Part shown: piece after piece, positions 8,602 to 19,657 of the stretch
How positions within the stretch are numbered: position 1 is the first letter of the stretch
Layout: each line of letters opens with the position of its first letter
Assembly: GCA_000934665.2 (NCBI GenBank)
Contig: KZ538840.1
Coordinates: forward strand, 1-45,488
From: Catajapyx aquilonaris
Taxonomy: Eukaryota
Length of the DNA stretch: 45,488 nt
Direction of reading: 5' to 3'
Program-made: the position numbers and the translations under genes
The notes under the pieces: generated by a model
Databases searched by the model: none
Seen by the model: only the letters and a program-made list of their open reading frames with translations
Told to the model about the DNA's origin: nothing

Positions 8602-11600
8602 CTTTGAAGGTAAAAGCAGCATTAGCAATTATAAATATTTCTTGCCCCAGAAACAGCTTACTTTGAACTCCTTGACATCCACAAGAGGTACATCGAAGGT
8701 AACCTTGATCACCACTCCAGGAGTGAAATCCAGAGGCGGCGGCGGGGCCTTCTCGGGTTTGGCTTCCTCTGGGACAGCCTGCTCTTCAACTATCTCTTCC
8801 GGAACCTCAGCGACATCCCCCATTTCATCCCGTCTCCTACTTTCCCTTATCTGCTGCTTCAGTCGCTTCATATTAGCCCACTGAAGGTTCAGGTACTGAT
8901 TCCGGAGATGTTTCCATTCATGTCTGGCAAAGGAGAGAAACAATTCAGTAAGGTGAAATGGAGCACAATCAGGATTTAACACAGTGTTGCACAGTGTTGA
9001 AGAATTTACAGTTAACCTCAAGATGCACCTACTTACTTGGACATGATCTGCAGTCCAATAGATGCAACTTCCTGCTGCTCTTTAATCTGCTTCTTGAACT
9101 TCCTTCTCTTCTTTTTCTTCTTCTTTTCCACATCTTTTCCGGCAGATTCAGGCTCCTTTTTCTGGTCATCAGCAGTCTCTTCATCTTCGCTCTCCTCAGT
9201 GCGAACCGCTTTTGATTCAGGTTCGGTCTCATCGACGCGAGCCTTTTTAGCTTCAGGTTCACTCTCCTCTTCAGATATGGCTTTAATTTTATCTGCAACT
9301 TTTGCTTCTTCCTCGGCTGGCTCATCATCCACTTTTATTCTCTTTCTCCCTATGTCCTTGTCACCGGCTTCCTTTTCCACATGCGACCTCTTTCTGACCG
9401 ACTCATTTTTGTCGTTTTCAGTGTCACTTTTCTCTCCTGCGTTCTCACTCTCGCATTTTTCTGCTGCATTACTTGGGCCTCGGATGCGCTCAGCTCCATC
9501 CTTATCTTGAACATCCTCCTTATCGGCCAGTCTGTCACCTCCATTCTCCATGTCGGAATCCACCTTTCTCCTCTTGGCTCCGTCGCTCTCGTCATCCTCA
9601 TCACGCTCGCTGTTCCCACGCTTCCTACTTCTTCCTTCGCCGCTCTCCTCACCTTCCTCTTTCACATCATCCTCCCCGCCTTCCTCATCCTTCTTTTCAA
9701 CCTCTCCAGATTCTTCCCCTTCTACCGGTGCAGCTTCATACGTCCTTATGCTTTTGAGCTTGTCCGGAGCCATGTCCACAGGAAGGCAGCATCCTGCAGC
9801 TCCAAAAGCCTGAAATATTCCAATATGATCATATATCAGCCAATAATTGTTCCAATATGCATTGCAATTCAGAGGTTGGGTCTATGATTCAGTTTAGCCG
9901 ATTAGCAGCTAAGATAGGCACAAAAAGTAATTACTCCTAAGTAACTCCTTAAATTAACCAGGTTAGTGCCAAAAAAATGCTAACTAAAATGAATATTAAT
10001 TAGAGCAGTCTGTTTTAAAAGGCTCAATAACTGTAAACATTTATTTAATAATTATTGTTAAGTGTGATGGGTGTGTCCATGAAAAATATTGATATGTCAC
10101 TAAAATACACTGTACTATTAACCACAAAAGTAATGTCGCACTGTCATGTCATGGCGTCCGCGACTTGTTGGTTAGTATGGGTTGTGGATTCTGGAATATT
10201 GCCAAATTAACATCCATAACTCGGCAACGCCCATGCTAAACAACAAGTCGCGGACATGACAGTGCGACATTACTTTTGCGGAACCTTAATAGTACTCCTG
10301 ATTAACTGGTCTAATGAATGCACAGGTGTTCCCGGATAATCGGAAAATTCACAGCGGCTATTCACAGATTTTAATGAACTATCGGTACCACACATACTGT
10401 ATGCTCAGGCAGGGTGCATATACTACATAAGGGGCGCAAACATTCGATTTTTGCGTCTCTCTGTTTGGGGCGTTTCCAAGGCAGGCGGCCATTTTGAAGT
10501 GTGTGGAACACCGAGGTATATGGTACAGGCAAAAATAGGGTCTGCCATCTTTGATTCGCGCGTGTTCTTGCCTTTCTTGCCATGTAGTTGCCATGGCCGC
10601 CACAATCATCAAAGATGACGGACCCTATTTTTGCCTGTACCCTATTTATACCTCGTTGGTGTTCCACACACTAAAAAATGGCCGCCAGCCTTGGCAACGC
10701 CCCAAACAGAGAGACGCGAACATCAAAGGCGCCGACAGAAGTTTGCGCCTCTTATGTAGTACATGCTCCCTGGCTAAGGTTTAATCAAAATAACAACACT
10801 TTTTATAGATTTTAAATGTCTTCTGGGAAAAGTCTATTTCTTTGTTTGCGAGACATATCGACATATTTTTGGACTCTTGTTTTGGCGATGCACGGATAAT
10901 CCGCACCTGGATTATCGGGAGTACAGTGTATTTATTAGTGACCAGAAAACTCAAAATAATTACCTCCAATGCTCTGTTGGCAGCGTCAGGATTATCATAC
11001 TCAACGAATGCAAATCCCTTGACTCTTCCAGTCTTGCGGAAACGTGGGATTGAAACATATGACACAGGACCGTACTCTGAGAAGATTCCTTTCAGCCACT
11101 CGTGAGTCACAAATGGTGGGAGTTGCTCCTGTTAATTAAAGCAATAGTTAGTGACCCAGGGCAACATGACAAGGCTATGTTTGGTATTACCACATAAATG
11201 GTGCAGTCGTCTATGTCCTCCTTTTCTTTGACTGGTGTAATCCTGTACACCTTGGTGCCATCCGGGGTGAGACCCAACAACTGCGACTTCTCAAGCGCTC
11301 GGCTCAGGTCGGTCACGCTCGTCGTCAACGCCTTGATCTTGTTGAAGGTCAAGAACAGCGACAGGTCCACCTCTGCGGGGAAAAATAAGCTAGCTGTACT
11401 ACATATGTGAGGACAAGCACACATTGCGGAGGCAACTGAACCGTTTCTGGTACAGGTGCGCAATATTTTTAATACAATCTTTATAGCCAACAAGTGGGCC
11501 GGTTCCAGAACGGGTCCAGTTTCCAGCCATGTTCCTCACGAGGCGTGTCCTTCAGCAGGTTTTTCATGAACCTGTCCTTGGATAGGTTTGAGTCGCTGAA

Positions 11601-11720
11601 GTAAAACTCCATCTGCTGCTGGAGGGACTTGAACAGTCTCTTCTTCCTGGGACGGCTCCGCTTGTGGTGGGCAGGGCCTCCTCCTCCATCCTCCCCTGGT
11701 TTGGACTCGGCCTCGCTCAT
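8284..11720 (-). CDS. LARP7: La-related protein 7 (7SK/U6 snRNP-associated), complete 6-exon gene, ~626 aa
   Basis: Exons 11720-11540, 11372-11191, 11128-10964, 9809-9037, 8923-8662, 8601-8284 join through GT-AG introns in consistent phase (1881 nt). La motif QQMEFYFSDSNLSKDRF...FNKIK; RRM1 TIYVEQLP...VSIPRFRKTGRVKGFAFVEY; MSKHEWKHLRNQYLNLQ segment; xRRM PGVVIK...VKYVD...GFVR...EEEAYWEKI; C-terminal HIHFDD typical of the family. Confidence 0.95.
8662..8923 (-). CDS. LARP7: LARP7 exon 5
   Basis: Acceptor CTCTCCTTTGCCAG; HEWKHLRNQYLNLQ...FTPGVVIKV...VKEFK; donor GTAAGC. Confidence 0.9.
9037..9809 (-). CDS. LARP7: LARP7 exon 4 (charged low-complexity linker)
   Basis: Acceptor ATTTCAG; AFGAAGCCLPVDM...KKKKKKRRKFKK...LQIMS(K); donor GTAAGT (phase 2). 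Confidence 0.88.
10113..10294. mobile_element. Palindromic MITE in LARP7 intron 3
   Basis: TACTATTAA...AAAAGTAATGTCGCACTGTCATGTC is inverted as GACATGACAGTGCGACATTACTTTT...TTAATAGTA. Confidence 0.75.
10316..10928 (-). mobile_element. Older repeat element (reverse copy of ~36059-36355) interrupted by a MITE
   Basis: Both flanks of the 10410-10772 MITE match 36059-36355 in reverse (GATTATCCGTGCATCGCCAAAA; TTTTCCGATTATCCGG.AACACC.G.GCATTCA). Confidence 0.7.
10410..10772. mobile_element. CAGGG-terminated palindromic MITE with apparent 7-bp TSD (copy 1)
   Basis: TIR CAGGG.GCAT.TACTACATAAG.GGCGCAAAC; flanks GCTCAGG / GCTAAGG (6/7 match). Confidence 0.85.
10964..11128 (-). CDS. LARP7: LARP7 exon 3 (RRM1)
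   Basis: Follows a 62-bp intron ending TTAACAG; EQLPPFVTHEW...KGFAFVEY...ANRALE; donor GTAATT. Confidence 0.92.
11191..11372 (-). CDS. LARP7: LARP7 exon 2 (La motif C-half, start of RRM1)
   Basis: Acceptor TTTTTCCCCGCAG; encodes VDLSLFLTFNKIKAL...DDCTIYV; donor GTAATA. Confidence 0.92.
11540..11720 (-). CDS. LARP7: LARP7 exon 1 (start codon, La motif N-half)
   Basis: ATG at 11720; MSEAESK...QQMEFYFSDSNLSKDRFMKNLLKDTP; donor GTGAGG after 11540 (phase 1). Confidence 0.92.
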
Positions 11721-11779
11721 CCTTCGATAGAAAAATCAAGAGGAAAAATAACCAAAAAAACGTGACGTTCCAGCGACGA

Positions 11780-11860
11780 CTTTTGTTTGTCAGTTGACGG
11801 CAGCCATCTTGGAAATGTGAAACCAAATGAACGTCGGATCACGGGTTGCCAGATGCAGCC
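11780..11860 (-). promoter_or_regulatory. LARP7 core promoter / TSS region
   Basis: YY1-type CAAGATGGC (plus GCCATCTTG 11803-11811) and TGGCAACCC (plus GGGTTGCCA 11843-11851) ~80-130 bp upstream of the ATG, followed by an abrupt AT-rich stretch. Confidence 0.5.
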
Positions 11861-12639
11861 GGATTATATTGATACAGTTAAACATACTCTTACATTGATA
11901 TTAATAATAAATAGTATATAAAATTTTCAAAGGTAAGTATTTTAAAATATATTGATACTAATATTGGCGATTTTGAGACTAGAGACCACTAGAGACCTCT
12001 ACCAGGGATTACTTAGCTTATCAACAATCCCACATAGATTACATGATATTATTGATTTATACTTTAATTTGACACAGGAAAAGTGTTTTAATTAGTCCAA
12101 GTTCTCGTATCATTTTCTGCATATGCTGACATGCCCTTATTATTATGTGGTGGTAAAATTTTCGCACTTTAAAACTACGGTACTGTACAAGTTCTTTACC
12201 TCTGCTTTTGACTTTTTGAAACTTTGATCATGAAGAAAAACCAGAGGGGTTGAAATACGAGATGGGCAAACATGCTTGGATACTATATACAGTGTTTCCA
12301 AAGTGCAGGCCTGCTAAATCCCCTATTTAATATCTAAAGTCTAGCTTGCCTAATCGTCGATTGCCAACCAATATAAGTTACACTAAAATCTTCAGTGACA
12401 GTTTCATCCATGTACTTATAATTTTCCCTTAAAATAGAGGGAAAGCATTATAACAATGTTATATGAGACCCCATTAACACTGCGGTAAGTACTAAGTTGG
12501 ACATTTGGCCAATAGTTGACATAATCTTATTTATGCTCCAAGGATAACCGCATAAGCCATCGAGCATTTCAGGTCAATTTTCGTAGCTTTATTTTTATGG
12601 AATTGGGCCACTTTTGTTCTAAGCGCCTCATGTTACAAA

Positions 12640-13200
12640 CCCAAGAGGGCCCCAAAGGAGACTGTAGATGTCAGTGCAGGTGAAAATGCAGTTTAATATT
12701 TAACATGCCACCAGTGTAGTGGAAGTGCCAGTTATTGATTTTATGTAAGTTCATTTTATATTTTTGAAAATTTTCTTTGAATTACCTGAGTTGATATACG
12801 TGACCTATTCTGATTTTATTTCAAATTCAAGTTGTGAGGCCAAAAGAGACACTATACATGGCAGTGCAAGGGGAAATGCCCTTGACACTTCAACTGCCAC
12901 AAATTTTACTCTTTAATTTTAACCTATATATTTTCCATTAAAATGTATCTGAATTAATTGAGCTGATTACTGGACGTGTGGCCAAGAGAGACGTTTTGAT
13001 GCTTCCTACAACCTATGTGGGAATGCAGGGGAACAGTTGATATTTTAAATGCCACAAAATAATGCTAGATAGTTTCTTAATTTGGTATATTTTATATACT
13101 CTCTTAATTACCTTAATTACCACCGGACTTATTTAGATTTTATTTTCAAATCGAGTTGTGTGGCCAAAACAGACGCTTTGTGGGACAGACTGTAGATAGG
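12640..13200. repeat. Degenerate tandem repeat (~140-190 bp units)
   Basis: Recurring G/CCCAAA.GAGAC...AGTGCA.G.GAA and GATTTTATTT(T)CAAAT..AGTTGTG.GGCCAAAA at ~12650, 12838, 12980, 13162. Confidence 0.55.
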
Positions 13201-14029
13201 CTAAGAGTGTAATAATTATGTTGGATATTGTTCGAATGAAGACTGGAAAGCACTATGTGGTCACAGTCAATGTTGACTGATTTCTAGACTGATATTATGA
13301 GGGCCACTCTTTACCAGACTTTACTACGGAAGTGTGTCTCCCAAAGTGTGTATTTTGATGCTGCTATGAACCCATCACTATGGTGGTCAATTTGTCTCGG
13401 ATTTTATCGCGATTGTTGCCTAACTCCGGCGCACCCTGTACTGGGCAAGGTCGATCCGCAACCTTCCCTTGCTCGACCTTCATCTGGCGTGGCCCACACT
13501 CGCTTTATGTGCAGTTAAGACCTCAAATAGGCCGGTCGTCCATCATGTATGGTAATACCCGTGCCTACAGCCCATCACTTCGCACACAGTACGTGTCACG
13601 CCGGTTTTTAATTCTTCTGGTTCTTTTTTTACGACCCCCGATGCTTGTGACAAGGTGAAAGGCTCTGGCTGGGTCATTGCAGTGTGAGTGCAGTGTAACA
13701 GGACGGATCCGAATAAGTGCTGGGATTAGAAAGTGGATTTAGGTAAGGGCAACCTGTGCTCATTTTTTAAAACCGGTGGTATTACGTGTACTGTAGGCCT
13801 CACATGTGGTGTATCGGAAGTTCATTTAGAACATATCGGTAATTATTGAAGAAGGGTAGGCTACAGTATCTCTATGGGTCGAGATTCTCTACCCATTATT
13901 TGTTGTTCAACTTAAGCAGAATTGGCCGGATATTAGCAGATGGAGAACTTAGTTAAAGTACGAGTAGGCCTATCTATTATATTATCTTCGGCAATAACTA
14001 TTAAAATAAACTGCTGTAAATACGCAACT

Positions 14030-15360
14030 ATACATTGTGAAACTAAGGAGCTACATGATTCTAACTGCAATGCCTATAGTGGTTAGAATGATTTGCGAAT
14101 TGCTAACCCCACCACAATGCAGGACATTTCACAAGTAGCTAATACATTATGCAGTGTCTATTAAAAGTAACTTGTTATAAACAAATAGTTACATTGTAAA
14201 ATAAGCAGCTCCCTTGTTCTGACTGAAATATCTGTAGCGGTTAGATTTTTTTTTTTTTTTTTGCAAATTGCTAACCACTGCAGGACATTCCACAAGTAAC
14301 TAATACATTCTACATTAGCTATCACAAGTAACCGGTTATGAAATAAGCAGCTATGTAGGTAAAATGAGCAGCTGATTGTTCTAACTAAAATATCTGTAGC
14401 CTTGGTTTTATTTTTTGCGAATTGCTAACCACTGCAGGACATTTCACAAGTAGCTAATATCTTCTACAGTAACTGCTAAAAGTGACTTGTTATGAATATT
14501 ATTTATTTTATTGATTTTGTTCAGTTTTACCTCCCATCCCGTCGATCCCGAACAATATTGTGTGGGAAGGGAGAGAGTTATAAATAAGCAGCTACATTGT
14601 TCGAATATTGAAATGTCTAGCTAATTTATTTTTTTTGCGAATTGATAACAACTGCAGGCCATTTCACAAGTAGCTGATAACCTTTACAGTAACTAGCCTA
14701 CCATTAGTCTGTCAATGCTCTCTTAAAGTAACTATATTAAAAGCAACTTGTTATACATATTTATTTATTTATTCAGTTTTACTTCCCATCCCGAACAATT
14801 GTGTGGGAAGGGAGAGAGAGTTATAAATAATAAGCAGCTGCATTGTCATAATTGAAATGTCTGGTGGTTCATTTTTTGCGAATTGCTAACCACTGCAGGA
14901 CATTTCGCAAGTAGCTAATATCTTCTGAAGTAACTATTAAATTTACTTGTTATTTAAACAATCAGCTATATTGCAATACAGGGTGGTCCAAGTTCAAGTG
15001 TCGTTTTATAACGGCGATTAATTGAGGTGATTTTGCGATGACGTAGCAGCGACGAGTAAAATGTCCCACTTCGGCGCATCTTCGGCGCAATCGAAGTGGG
15101 CAATTTTACACGTCGCTGCTACGTCATCGTTAAGCGCTTCTATTAATCGCCGTTATAAAACGACACTTGAACTTGGACCACCCTGTATAAGCAGCTACAT
15201 TGTTCTAATTGAAAATTGAAAGTGAACTATTGAAAGTAACTGGTCATAAATAAGCAGCTACATTGTAAAATAAACAGCTAAATCGTTCTAACTGGAATGA
15301 CTGTATAGTGGTTCTTTTATTTTGCAAATTAATAATCACTGCAGGACATTTCACTTGGAC
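14030..15360. repeat. Degenerate tandem array, ~6 units
   Basis: TTGCGAATTGCTAACCACTGCAGGACATTTCACAAGTAGCTAATA and variants at ~14093, 14261, 14416, 14635, 14876, 15321, with AAATAAGCAGCTACATTGT sub-motifs. Confidence 0.8.
14979..15185. mobile_element. Tc1/mariner-type MITE (207 bp), TA TSD
   Basis: TA|CAGGGTGGTCCAAGTTCAAGTGTCGTTTTATAACGGCGATTAAT ... perfect inverse ...CCACCCTG|TA. Confidence 0.9.
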
Positions 15361-16119
15361 ATAGCGTGATTGTCAGCAATTGTGCATGTACTGGCATGAT
15401 CGCTCCGATTCTGCACTTTGTGCCACACCCTGTACTTAGAGGCCGTTGAAAGGGGTCCCGTTACTGGATTGACGGGCCATCCCTCCCTGAGCCCTCGAGG
15501 GGGGGTCTGTTATACCTCTATATCCTCCAGGGGACTGCTCGCTACGTGTATGTTTGTTGTATGTGAGTATGTGAATGGGAAGAAGGGGATGGGAGGGGGG
15601 AGGTAGTGTAACTTCCCCTCCACCCCCCTCCTCTTTTACCTCTCCCCCCAACTCCCCCGCCATTTATGCTTGAAGGCAGCAGCCGGTTTTGCAGGCCAGT
15701 CGAGCGTGATCTCTCCTTCGTGTGGGACGTGTGTTGCCGCAGCCCACAAGAGAGAAGGGCTTACCCATTTCGGACAACAATTATTGACAAAAAAAAAAAA
15801 AGAGGACAAGTGATTTGTGTTGGTGACATGTGTCACTAATGGAGGAAGACTCTTGGATCCAAAGTGGATGCGCGGTTAGTATTTTGCGATTGTGATGCTA
15901 CAGGTGACTTGAAAGGTCGAAGTGCACACCGGTTGGCGCTTATCAAAAGGTGATCACCAGAGAAGATCACTTATTTCGTGAAGCAGCACCTGAGGTTCAA
16001 AACGATGCACACGTCTACCAAATTAGCGATTTCAACTTATTCCTCTTAAATCAGATTTTAAAATTTGAAAAGCTCGTTATAGCCCGAACAATTCATTTTG
16101 ACAACTTGTGTATTGATAT

Positions 16120-16345
16120 TTAAATTATTTTACATTTTTACATTCATTATTTTACATTATTTTACACTCATTAATTTACATTATTTTACATAATTTGTTT
16201 TACATAATTTGGCATCAATGATTTTGAGATTATTTTACATAATTTGTTTGACAACATTTTGCAACATTTTTGATGCATTATTTTGCATTATTATTTATTA
16301 CGGTAATTATTTATATTAATTATATTTTACATTATTTTACGGTCA
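16120..16345. repeat. Low-complexity (TTATTTTACA)-like repeat
   Basis: Repeated ATTATTTTACAT variants. Confidence 0.6.
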
Positions 16346-17959
16346 TCGTTGAATCCTAAATTGGAAGGAACCTCTTACAGTCCATAAGACACTGATTTGT
16401 TTGTCAGATTTTCCTTAATGGATAGCCAAAATGTTACTGGAAGCGGAAGGATTACAGTGTTGTTAAAACGGATTGTGTATATTACTTGCTAAGAAGATGA
16501 GATCATCGATTTACGACCGGTTTTTATGATGTCCTTTTGCGGATAATGATGCGATTCCGGCCGGTGCATGGCAGCGGCAAAGGGTCAATGACAAATGGAT
16601 TACCGCAATGTTACAGGAAATACATTATTTTTCATCGCGGCTATGATATACTTCCTGTTTCTGGCATTTCCCGTATAGTGACATCAAAGGTTCGCGTGCT
16701 GAACTGGAAACAACGTGGAGTTGAAGGTCCTGTCACTTCAGATTCACCATTGCTGGTCACACATTTTTTTTTCAAGTTTATTTTCACAAGTTTTACACAC
16801 AAAAAAATATTGCAAACTAAGTTTCTTGGTCACATCCTTCTGGGCCACATGCATTTGTCGAAGAGGGTCAATCGCGGGTTGCTAAAAACCGCGGCATAAA
16901 AGTGACTGGCCGTCATAAGTGGGACAGGCCAGGTTACCCCTGAAGAAGGAGATGATGATGAAAAAGAAGACCAGCTAAGCCCCTTTGGCGACGTTCGTCC
17001 CGGTTACTTAACACTTATTGTGCGTGTGCCCATGTATACTTGCACCTTAGGTTACTTATTTTTATTTCCCTATATATATTTGCTGAGTCCGTGAGAGGGT
17101 TGGGAGCGTGACCGTCAACATGTGTCTGATCGTAAATTTACGCGGAAAATATAACAGTTTGGCCTCACCCATTTTTTCCCCCCTTCTCGTGAAGGAGCAA
17201 GGACACTCATTGGAAAGAGAGAAAAGGTCAGCGAAGGACTCTCATTATGCCGACTTTTTTTATTGCATACTGTATATAAATAAGAGGAGGCATGTGCCAA
17301 AGTACTTGACCCCAATACACTTCCTGTCCCGATTACTATTACGTTTGTATTAGGCCTATACACGTAATAATTTGTTGCAATAATTATTGTTGCGCTAAAT
17401 TAATATTTGCATTTGTACAAGGTCTTCGAATTCAAATGAGCTTAGTGGTTAGCGATTTTTTTGAACTAAGCCGCTTATTTAATCAAACGTATTAGTTGAT
17501 ATTAGGTTATATAGATCTATTATTTTTAAATCGTCCGAAAGTGTCAATGTGATGGGTTGTTGGGTCGACAAATTCTTAACTGATATTTATTTTATGCGTA
17601 GACTAACTTACTGTATATATGGACTTGAGCAGTGCACTTCCTGGAAGCGGGGATTGGCACACTTTCCGGTTCGGAATAACTATTTCAATATAGAAAGTGC
17701 GCTGGCGCACTTAGTGGTCCAATTGTTTACCAAACACTTGCACGCAATGATGTGAGGGTTATGCAAGAAAAGGGCAACATCCTCGCATGTTGCCAAAGCA
17801 TCAGCGCAGGTGAAATTTCCCACAACATTAAAAATAAACCGCGGTGAACCTCGACCAAATGCATTTCAAGTAATGGAGCAATTTTTTCCACTCCAGATAT
17901 GATTGGCAGAAAAATATTGTAATTGTAAATCTATAGTATTAAAATCCTTCCTTGATTGT

Positions 17960-18417
17960 CCGAGTCCTCCGATTGGTCGGGGCCGTTTATTGTTACCGCG
18001 ACGCTTCCCATTGGCTTGCGTTCCGCGCATGCGCAATGGCTGGCCAGGTCAGTCATTTGCTGGAGGTCGGCGAGGCAACATCATCTCTCCCGTAAACACC
18101 TCGACCCTTTGTCTGGTGACACCTTCATTTTAAAAGATAAATCGCGCCCTGAATATTCGCGAAATTTCTGTCACGATCTATTTTTACACCTTGTCCCCAT
18201 CTCCACATCAGAGTAGCAAAAACCAATCTTCGAATGTGGGCTGTGTCGCTGTCAGTTTTTGGCGAGCGAAACGAGTTGCGAAAAGAGCCGGTCCGGTATG
18301 TCCATGTCCAAAACCTCTTCCTACGATTCGTGGCGGGAGTTTTTTTTTTTTTTTGCGAATCTCATATGTGCGATGCTGCTGACTGCGACATAATAATTCA
18401 GGTTGCAAAAAGTAAGT
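17960..18417 (+). promoter_or_regulatory. Candidate promoter and non-coding first exon of the plus-strand gene
   Basis: Inverted CCAAT boxes (ATTGG 17972, 18010), NRF1/Ewg-type palindrome GCGCATGCGC 18025-18034, Inr-like TCAGT 18252, CpG-rich, donor GTAAGT at 18412. Confidence 0.45.
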
Positions 18418-18926
18418 CGGGGTCGGTACACAGCTGGACTGCCCCTGGCTAGAGTGGTCGTGACTTGCCAAAAACGGAGGCTGGGTTGGAGGAGAGGGGG
18501 GTATATATTCTCTTCTGGTTTGTTCCATGGGCGTAATGCACGATCGGACCAGCTTTGCAACCACGTGCAGTTTTTAATGGGCGAACAAAAAAAAATCGCA
18601 ATCTTTACGCAGCTGCAGGAAGTACATTATTACGTTTGTAACCGACCTGAGTAATTTCGGAGCCGTTTGCAGGCCAACCACCTGCTTTTCTAGGTATTTT
18701 TATTGCCAAGAAACTGAACTAGGTGCATGTAGTACCAGTACCCGTCGCACGACCCTAGAGTGGCATTTGTGCACCATCTATGTTAGGGATATGGCCCTGA
18801 CCTAACCATAGATATCCTTTATTATCTAGGCGTAAATTTGGCAAGGGGTTCACTCTCTTACGTTATAAACACTGTTATAACACAGTCTGTATACAGTACT
18901 TATAAACATGAAATTTTGTACATATA

Positions 18927-19441
18927 TCTGTAGAATGATGCATGTTTGTCCGGGCTACCTAACCCACTCCACACCTATGCGAGTACTGGTACTGAAATTT
19001 GGCATACCGATATCTTAAGTGCCACTGATTGAGGGAAAAGTCGACTTTTCCCTCCGAAAACTGCACTTTTTTGAGTTTAGATTCCCAAAATGTAGTTTAA
19101 AAAATATGAAGTTTGGTGTTTCATCTTCGGCAATGTACAGGGTGTTTCAACTTTTTTTCCGAACAGTTATCGGAAATATTGCACTGAGCTGCTACTTTGT
19201 AAGCAGTGTATGCCACTTCAACCTAAGATTCGCAGGGAATATTCCCCATTTCTCCGACAAACCGGTTGCAAGTCACTGCCTACAAAGTAGCAGCTTATAG
19301 TGCAATATTTCCGATAACTGTTCGGACAAAAAAAGTTGAAACACCCTGTATATTGTCACGCCACCACAAATGGGGCTTCTATAGGTTTTACAAACTTCTC
19401 TAACGTATCAATCCCCGTGCGAAGAACGGGTCCACTGCTAG
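18927..19441 (+). mobile_element. Non-autonomous Helitron-like element with nested MITE
   Basis: A|TC start, 3' hairpin CCCGTGCGAAGAACGGG then CTAG|T; homologous to 31242-31486. Confidence 0.65.
19138..19348. mobile_element. Tc1/mariner-type MITE, second family, TA TSD
   Basis: TA|CAGGGTGTTTCAACTTTTTTT...CCGAACAGTTATCGGAAATATTGCACT with inverse ending GTTGAAACACCCTG|TA. Confidence 0.88.
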
Positions 19442-19450
19442 TTAATTATA

Positions 19451-19657
19451 CAGGGTGGTCCAAGTTCAAGTGTCGTTTTATAACGGCGATTAATAGCAGT
19501 GATTTTGCGATGACTTAGCAGCGACGCGTAAAATGTCCCACTTCGGCGCTTCTTCGGCGCAATCGAAGTGGGCAATTTTACACGTCGCTGCTACGTCATC
19601 GTTAAGCGCTTCTATTAATCGCCGTTATAAAACGACACTTGAACTTGGACCACCCTG
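19451..19657. mobile_element. Tc1/mariner-type MITE (207 bp), near-identical to 14979-15185
   Basis: Same TIRs, TA flanks, only a few substitutions. Confidence 0.9.

Noticed and set aside
8870..8890. Trp in LARP7 LQWANM where a basic residue is usual, as a sign of pseudogenisation
   Set aside because: A single substitution (possibly CGG>TGG or a sequencing error); the ORF and all domains are intact.
8300..9887. Long plus-strand ORFs overlapping LARP7 (and 2315-2746, 7049-7372 over the paralogs)
   Set aside because: Antisense shadows of low-complexity coding exons; Ser/Phe-rich, no independent support.
10371..10784. Similar ORFs at 10.4, 26.4 and 40.1 kb suggesting a gene family
   Set aside because: They derive from copies of one palindromic MITE; frames are not preserved.
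14030..15360. CRISPR-like repeat-spacer array
   Set aside because: Eukaryotic context; the inter-repeat sequences are homologous to each other and irregular in length; no cas genes.
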